A stretch of DNA of 64,000 nucleotides from the human T2T-CHM13v2.0 reference genome, Homo sapiens. A program made the translations under genes and the position numbers. The first letter of the stretch is position 1; every line of letters starts with the position of its first letter. The stretch lies in assembly GCF_009914755.1 (NCBI RefSeq), contig NC_060927.1; one strand, written 5' to 3'. Positions 45,581 through 64,000 of this stretch are shown piece by piece. The notes under the pieces are model-generated. The model saw only the letters and a program-made list of their open reading frames with translations. It was not told the DNA's origin and ran no database searches.

Positions 45581-48518
45581 CTTTAAATGGTGAATTTTAT
45601 ATGTGAATTATATCTTAATTTTTAAAAAGGCAGATGCACTGATTTGGAAAGCACTACTTGGTTCAATGACCTCAGGTTATCTTCCTCCTCAGCCCAAGAA
45701 AGGTAGTAAAACCCTTTTTCTCATTTTCCTATAAAGGACTTACCATACCACTTGGGGTCTAATAGCTATTCACAGATCCCCTCTGTTTCTGGGTGGGCCA
45801 ATTCACCCCTCCAAAGCTCCTTTATCTGAAGGGGCTACTATACCAACCCAGACCTGGCCAGTCCAGACACTGACAAGCAAGTACATCCACAGCAGCCAAA
45901 GAACTAGGCTCAAGCCATCCTTACCTCAGGTTCTCTGGGAACCAGGCAGGTGCAAAGATCAACCTGTTGGCCTCACACAGTGGCTATCATTTCTTTTCCT
46001 AGGCAGTATCCACCAAACTAATTAAGGACTGGGTCCACAGCTACCTGGAATCAAGAAGAAACCCAGAGAGACTGTCCATCTTCCATCCTCCCACTGGGAT
46101 AGAGACAGAAAGTTTGAAACTAATACGGGTAAACAGAAAGGGCAAATTCACAATGAGGGAGGCAAAGGCCCTTGTAATTGCTAACCACAAAAAAGGATTG
46201 TTATTTCTCTGTACTCTCCCTGCAGATGAGAATATCTAACCTCCCCTGTGGGGAACTTTTAGAAATCAATCTGATGTATTTATACTCTGTACATTGTTGG
46301 AGGACATTTAAAATGGTACACAACTTCTTTTAAGACAACTTTGCAATACACAAAATTTTAAATGTATATTCTTTGACCCAGCAATTCTATTTCCAGTAAC
46401 TTATCCTAAAAATATACTTGTACAAGGTACAGAGATCTATATATAAGGCATTTCACTGTAGTAATATTCATAAAAGCAGAAGACTGAAAACAACCTAAAT
46501 ATCTATTAATAAAAGATTTGTTAAATAATACTCATTTACATGGAATACCATAATGCCATTAAAAAGAATATGCTGGCCAGGCACAGTGGTTCACACCTGT
46601 AATCCCAGCAATTTGGGAGGCCAAGGCAGGAAGATCACTTGAGCCCAGGAGCTCAAGACCAGCCTTGGGAGGTTGAGGCTGCAGTGAGCCGTGATCATGC
46701 CACTGCACTCCAGCCTGAGTGACAAGTGAGACGCTGTCTCAAAACAAACCAAAACAAACAAAAAAGCCTGATGTGCTGGTAATTTCCATTTATCAATCCA
46801 GGTGCTGGTTACATGGATGTGCTCAGCCTGTGAAAATTAATTAGTTGAGTTGTACATCTGACATATTCACATTCTTCTATGTATATTATACCTCAATAAA
46901 ATATTAAAAAGAATGTAACAAACCTACTTGTATTGATATAGAATGTTCTTTAAAATATTAAGTGAAAAAAAATCATGGTGCAGAAGAGTATGTACTGCAT
47001 GTTTCTATTTTTGTGTTAAACCACAGATAGATATAAATGCCTATATATAAATAGATGCTTTGGAAGAACACACAAGTAACTAAACATGCAATGGTTATTA
47101 TGGGAAAGGAAAAGTGCAGAACTGGAAGTTCAGAGTGAGAGAAAGACTTATTTTTCACTTTATGTATCCTCTATTCCAATTTTCATCTGCTACCATGCAT
47201 ATTTATTCATTTTACAATGACAAAATCTAGTCTAGGCAGTCAAAAAGGGCTCCCTTTCCTCCCTGGGGGTAGGCTGCTACTTTGGAACAATTTGCTGCAA
47301 TTTGTGCTGTGAATCAGCACCCAGATACTTGATAGGGGGAGGCAGTGTGGTTTATCAGAAAGGTAATTAATGGTGGTTTGCTATTCTAGAAAAGTGAAAA
47401 GGACATAATAAAAACCCTATTCTTTGATACATGAAGTGGATTTGATTCCCGAATCCACCCAGTTCTAGCTGTGTGATCGCAGTTACTTGGCCGTTCCTTG
47501 CCCCATCTGAGAAATGAGGATAACAGGGTTCTTATGATGACTAATAATAATAGAAATGCATGTAAAGCACATAGCATGATACTTGAAGTGTGGTTGGCAC
47601 TCAAGGATTAACTTTGCTATTCTTCTACAAAAATAACTTGTTTGCAGACTGGGAAGTCAGGAGTTACAGAAAAACAGTGACTGATTCTGATTAAAAGGTA
47701 AAGATGGGCTATAAGACCAAGGAAAACATTGCCTTACCAGCAACATCAGGAATAGGTAAGGAGGCCTTAGTCTGGGAAGACAGCTCAAAACCTTGAAAAG
47801 GTACAAGGAGAGAGAGAACTGAAATGAAAAAGAATAAGCCTGGCAGAAACAGAACAGCAAAGAAAAAAGAATAGACTTTAGAAGTTGGGGCAAGGGGTCA
47901 AAGACTGGAGAGTAGTAGTGACTAAGCTTTGGAGCTGACAAAAAATACACTAGTAGAGGAACTACGGCACAGTTTTCTTGCGATCTCTCTCCCTATCCTT
48001 TTCTGTCCTTGCTCCTTCTTGATCAAAAATAATAATTTAGCTGATTTTTTCCTGTGGCTTTACCTGAATCTCAATACAGTAAAGTCAGCATTCTCTTGAA
48101 CTAACAGGAAAACCTGGCAAGTGCCTCAAAGACAACCCTGAAAGCTAGAAAGGGAGGAGAAAATATTCTCTCTGGGGGTTGCCTGGGGACCTCTAGGAGA
48201 GGCTTAAAAGGCTGACAGATCAGGGCAATAGAACAGAAAATTAGGTGAAATATAAAAGCACCAGGGATGACAAATTTAAGTTTGAAGAATGCCACGTTAT
48301 ACTCTCCGCTTGCCCCACAAATACCTAGTGGGCTTATAAACACTTTTTCAGAGCAATATGAAGCCTGGGGAGATTATTTCTGTGTAATAAAAATTAAGAC
48401 CAAAAAAAAAATCCCCAAACAAACCAAAAAAAAAGGATTAAAACAAGTTTCCTAGCATAGCTTTAAAAAGGGATTTGCACAGACAGATTGAGACAGAACA
48501 GTCAAAAACTACAGACTC

Positions 48519-51567
<3,049 letters not shown>

Positions 51568-52246
51568 AAAAATCTATTTTCAAGTTTCTCAAATAACTGA
51601 CTCCATGAAATATTGCAGAGGTGTTAACTTGAAGAGCCAAATCTGTCTTTCCATAACAATTTACAAAGAAAAAAAGTTATCATGGTGACATGCATGTCAT
51701 GCTTACATTTAAATGGGGTTTTATAAATAGCATGGGGGAGAAGAGCGAAAACTGGTTTTCGAATGGACAGACTTGGGTTTTGAAACTCTGCTCTATTGCT
51801 TACTAGCAGTTTGACTTTCAAAAGTTCCTTCTCTGAAAGCCGGTTTCCTTATCTGTAAAAAGGGAGACAACTACTCTGTAAGCAACTCCAAGTAGGGACA
51901 GAATGTGTATTACAGCATCCTGAATATAGAAGGTACTTAATGTTTCCATTAGTTTCTTTAATAAGGGAAGTAATAATTAATAAGCTATTCCACAAGCTGG
52001 AATTCTACAACAAAACTGATCAATCAGTATCATACTAAATCAAAATTAGAAAGTAACGGACCCAGAGCATCATGTAAACCTTTATACCTCACCACTTTAT
52101 ATACTATTACATTAGCCTATCAGTACAGAGACTGTCTTCTAAACCACTGGTGAGCATGGTACAAGAGCCATTGCTTGTGACATACTGTACCTTTTGGTTT
52201 GATTTCTCTTCCCTTGAATGGTTAAAACGTGTAAGCTAACACAAAC

Positions 52247-52295
52247 CTGTCACAGTCCGCTGGCCATCACTTAGGTTATTCCACCACTTGTTAAT
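52247..52295 (-). CDS. PARL: PARL exon 4 (INKWWNNLSDGQRTVT/G)
   Basis: Boundaries ctgttttag|ATT and ACAG|gtttgt, 49 nt. Confidence 0.95.
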
Positions 52296-53094
52296 CTAAA
52301 ACAGACAGAAAATTGCATCACCACATGTGAGAAATTTCAGGCTACAAAAATGAAAAACCAGAAGAAAATGCCTCGCACATAAGAGGAATTCCTCTTCTGC
52401 AAAAATCACTGGTGGTCACAGACATAATAAATACGTGGTAGAGTGGAAAAGGCACGTGTTTTATAGTCAGGCAGCCCACATTCTCCACACAGAACCAACC
52501 ACTGGATAGCTCTGGAACCTCAGACAATTATTTCTAAACTTCAGTTTCTTGACACATGAAATGGGACAATAATAGGTACCCAGCAGTGTTATCACAAGGA
52601 ATAACAATAATGTAAAGCCCCTAGCACACTCACAGATACAGACAGGTACCAAGGAAGTGATTATTCATACCAAGGTCTTATGTTTTAAAATTCTGAGAAT
52701 ATTGTCTACTAAATTGCACTTTTTTAAAGATATAGTAATGGTACTGGAGTTTAATAAAAAGAGGAGGGTCCTAATTTTTCAGGGATACATGTTGAAAATT
52801 TTATGCATGAAATACGTCTAGAATTTGCTTTACAATAATACAAGGGTGGAAAGGGAAGGGAAAAAAAGGGAAATAGATGAAAAAAAAATTGGCCCTGTCT
52901 TGGGGAACACTGAAGCTGGACGATAATGATTCATCATACTATTCTCTCTACATTTGTATCTGCTTGAAATTTTCCATGATTAAAGTTTTAAAATAAAAAA
53001 TATATTCTAACTAAGAAATTGAACCAGATTTTGTTATTAAAAGAAAAAATCCAAGGTAAAAGAAACTACAGATTAGTATGTATAGTTCCATTTA

Positions 53095-55657
<2,563 letters not shown>

Positions 55658-56117
55658 AACGTTAACATTTTTAACAACTATCCGTGGTGATTTTTGATGC
55701 ATGTGGGTAGAGGGACAGAATTCTGGAACACTGTTAAGTACAACACCAGATATATAAAACAGTAATCAATACTTACTGTGAAGAATATTAAGTGCACTGA
55801 CTTGACATCTATTAATCTGATGTTGCCATTAACTAAAAGCACTTCATAAATAACCAGGCTTCAAAACCTGGGATTACCAGTAGAGTAACTACAGTCAACT
55901 ATAATCTATAGTACATTTCAAAATAGCTAGTGGAGAACAATTCAAATATACCTAGCATAAAGATAAATGTTTAAGGTGATAGATATTCAGTTCCTCAGAT
56001 TTCATTATTACACATTATGTGAATGCATCATGTACACTGAAAACACGTGCATCTATTAAGTATCAGTTTTTTAAAACCGTGATTAACTAGAAGAAAGAAA
56101 GCAGTGTTTATCTTTAC

Positions 56118-56258
56118 CTCCTTTCTGAAGTCTCCTTCTTTTTGTGGTCTTATGCTATCCAACCAATCAGCTTTTATACCATCAAAATAACTCTGGACCC
56201 TGGATTTCAGTGATTCATATTGCCAAATAGCAGCTGATCCAAATGCACAGCCTGTAAA
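56118..56258 (-). CDS. PARL: PARL exon 3 (FTGCAFGSAAIWQYESLKSRVQSYFDGIKADWLDSIRPQKEGDFRKE)
   Basis: Boundaries tatatag|TTT and GAG|gtaaag, 141 nt, phase 0-0. Confidence 0.97.
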
Positions 56259-56407
56259 CTATATAAAATTAGATATATTACAAAATAGATTTAAGAGGGA
56301 AATAGATCTATACATTATTTCCAAGGAGAATTCTTCACTGTCATTGCTTTTTACAAACCAACAGAAGGGAATACTTGGCACAGTGAAACCTAATAAGTGA
56401 AAAGGGC

Positions 56408-57230
<823 letters not shown>

Positions 57231-57357
57231 TCATGAGCCCAGCTCCTTTTGATCCCCCCTCTACCTGTCCTTACTTTAAGGGAGCCCAAATGGGACAAAG
57301 TACTTTAACACTGCATTTCTAGCAAGGTAGGTAACTCCTAGCAAAGTGAGCTCTTAC

Positions 57358-57553
57358 CCCAACAGTAAAAAATAAAGGTTTTATGAGACTCCTTATAGGA
57401 TAGGGAGAAGGATAAAAGACTGTTTCTTCCACAGGAGGAATCAAAGCACTTCTCTTGTATGCTTCACCACTTGTCCCTGGGTCTGATCTTCGAGGTTCAA
57501 CCTTCCTGGGTGCTTTTCTGAATCCGCATTTTTGTTGAATAAAGAAGTTAAAC
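57358..57553 (-). CDS. PARL: PARL exon 2 (R/FNFFIQQKCGFRKAPRKVEPRRSDPGTSGEAYKRSALIPPVEETVFYPSPYPIRSLIKPLFFTVG)
   Basis: Boundaries gccccatag|G and GGG|gtaaga, 196 nt. Exon 1 is outside the window. Confidence 0.97.
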
Positions 57554-57841
57554 CTATGGGGCAAAAATAACAGATGAGAAACACAGTAGCGTCTTGCAAA
57601 TATCAACTTCTATGAACCTCCACTTGGCCTGCATCATCACCATCTCAATTTATTCTCACTCTACAGTCCAAAAACAGCCAAGACTCCTACTCTCAGACAG
57701 AATTCAAAGTCACAAAATTCAACCTTTCTGGAAAAGGTGACACACAAACTACAGCAACTTCAGAGGATACTACTTTGGGCTATTACTTTCTATCAGTCAA
57801 CAAAATAATTTGTATCCATTCTCCACACAGAAAGAATCTGA

Positions 57842-63360
<5,519 letters not shown>

Positions 63361-63750
63361 AATTAATTAAAGATGGCAAGTTGTAACCCAGTAATCTTGG
63401 TTCCTAGCATTTGTCATGTACTGGACTGAGAAATACAAAGGATAAGAAATACAAAGGATTTGTATTTCCAACAGCTTAATACTACACAATCAATTCTAAT
63501 AAAAAACTACTTCTACCTGTCACCAATTCACTTAAAATTTTGAAGCACAAGTTTTAAAAGGAACATAAACACGCTAGGTTGGGAATCTGGACTTGAGGCA
63601 AAGCCAGACCTTTTTGCCTAAAATATATACCTCGAGGATCTCACCAGAAGTGTGCATCAAGCTGAGGACATTAAGAGTACATTACACAAGCTGGCCCCAG
63701 GGTTAAGTTCAGAACTTATCAGTAGGTACACATACTGAATACATCACACA

Positions 63751-64000
63751 CAGGCATACCTCGATTTATTGTACTTCACAGATATCCCAAGTTTGTTACA
63801 CAAATTGAAGGTTTGTGGCAACCATACATCTAGCATGTCTTTTGGCACCATTTTTCCAACAGCATGCGCTCACTTGGTGGCTCTGTGTCACATTTCCGTA
63901 ATTCTCACAACACTTCAATTTTTTCTTATCTGTTATGGTGATTTGTGATCAGTGACCTTTGATGTTACTACTGAAATTGTTTTGGGTGCCATGAACCATG
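63751..64000 (+). mobile_element. Tigger1 (TcMar) DNA transposon 5' end, runs off the window
   Basis: caggcatacctcg...caaattgaaggtttgtggcaacc...ccatttttccaacagcatg matches the Tigger1 terminus as I recall it. Confidence 0.85.

Overview
Human-type (primate) genomic DNA, recognisable as the YEATS2-MAP6D1-PARL region of chr3q27.1. The window holds the last coding bases and 3' UTR of YEATS2 (+). It then holds the complete three-exon MAP6D1/SL21 gene (-, 199 aa, CpG-island promoter) and exons 2-10 of PARL, the mitochondrial rhomboid protease (-; exon 1 lies beyond the right edge). I read all exon boundaries from the sequence; they are GT-AG, phase-consistent and rebuild the expected proteins. The rest is repeat-dense intron and intergenic DNA: roughly 50-60 Alus, old L1/L2/MIR fragments, an MLT1 LTR, MER1A/B, Tigger1 and a 22-bp minisatellite. 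I found no convincing new gene or wholly new system. The most interesting structure is that the PARL exon 9 donor, just after catalytic His335, has four possible outcomes: canonical exon 10, a distal alternative exon, an immediate stop on intron retention, and an in-frame join to MAP6D1 exon 2. An unexplained 30-bp direct repeat and a G-quadruplex motif sit next to that donor. This haplotype encodes PARL Leu262. Repeat subfamily names and repeat boundaries were assigned by eye and are approximate.
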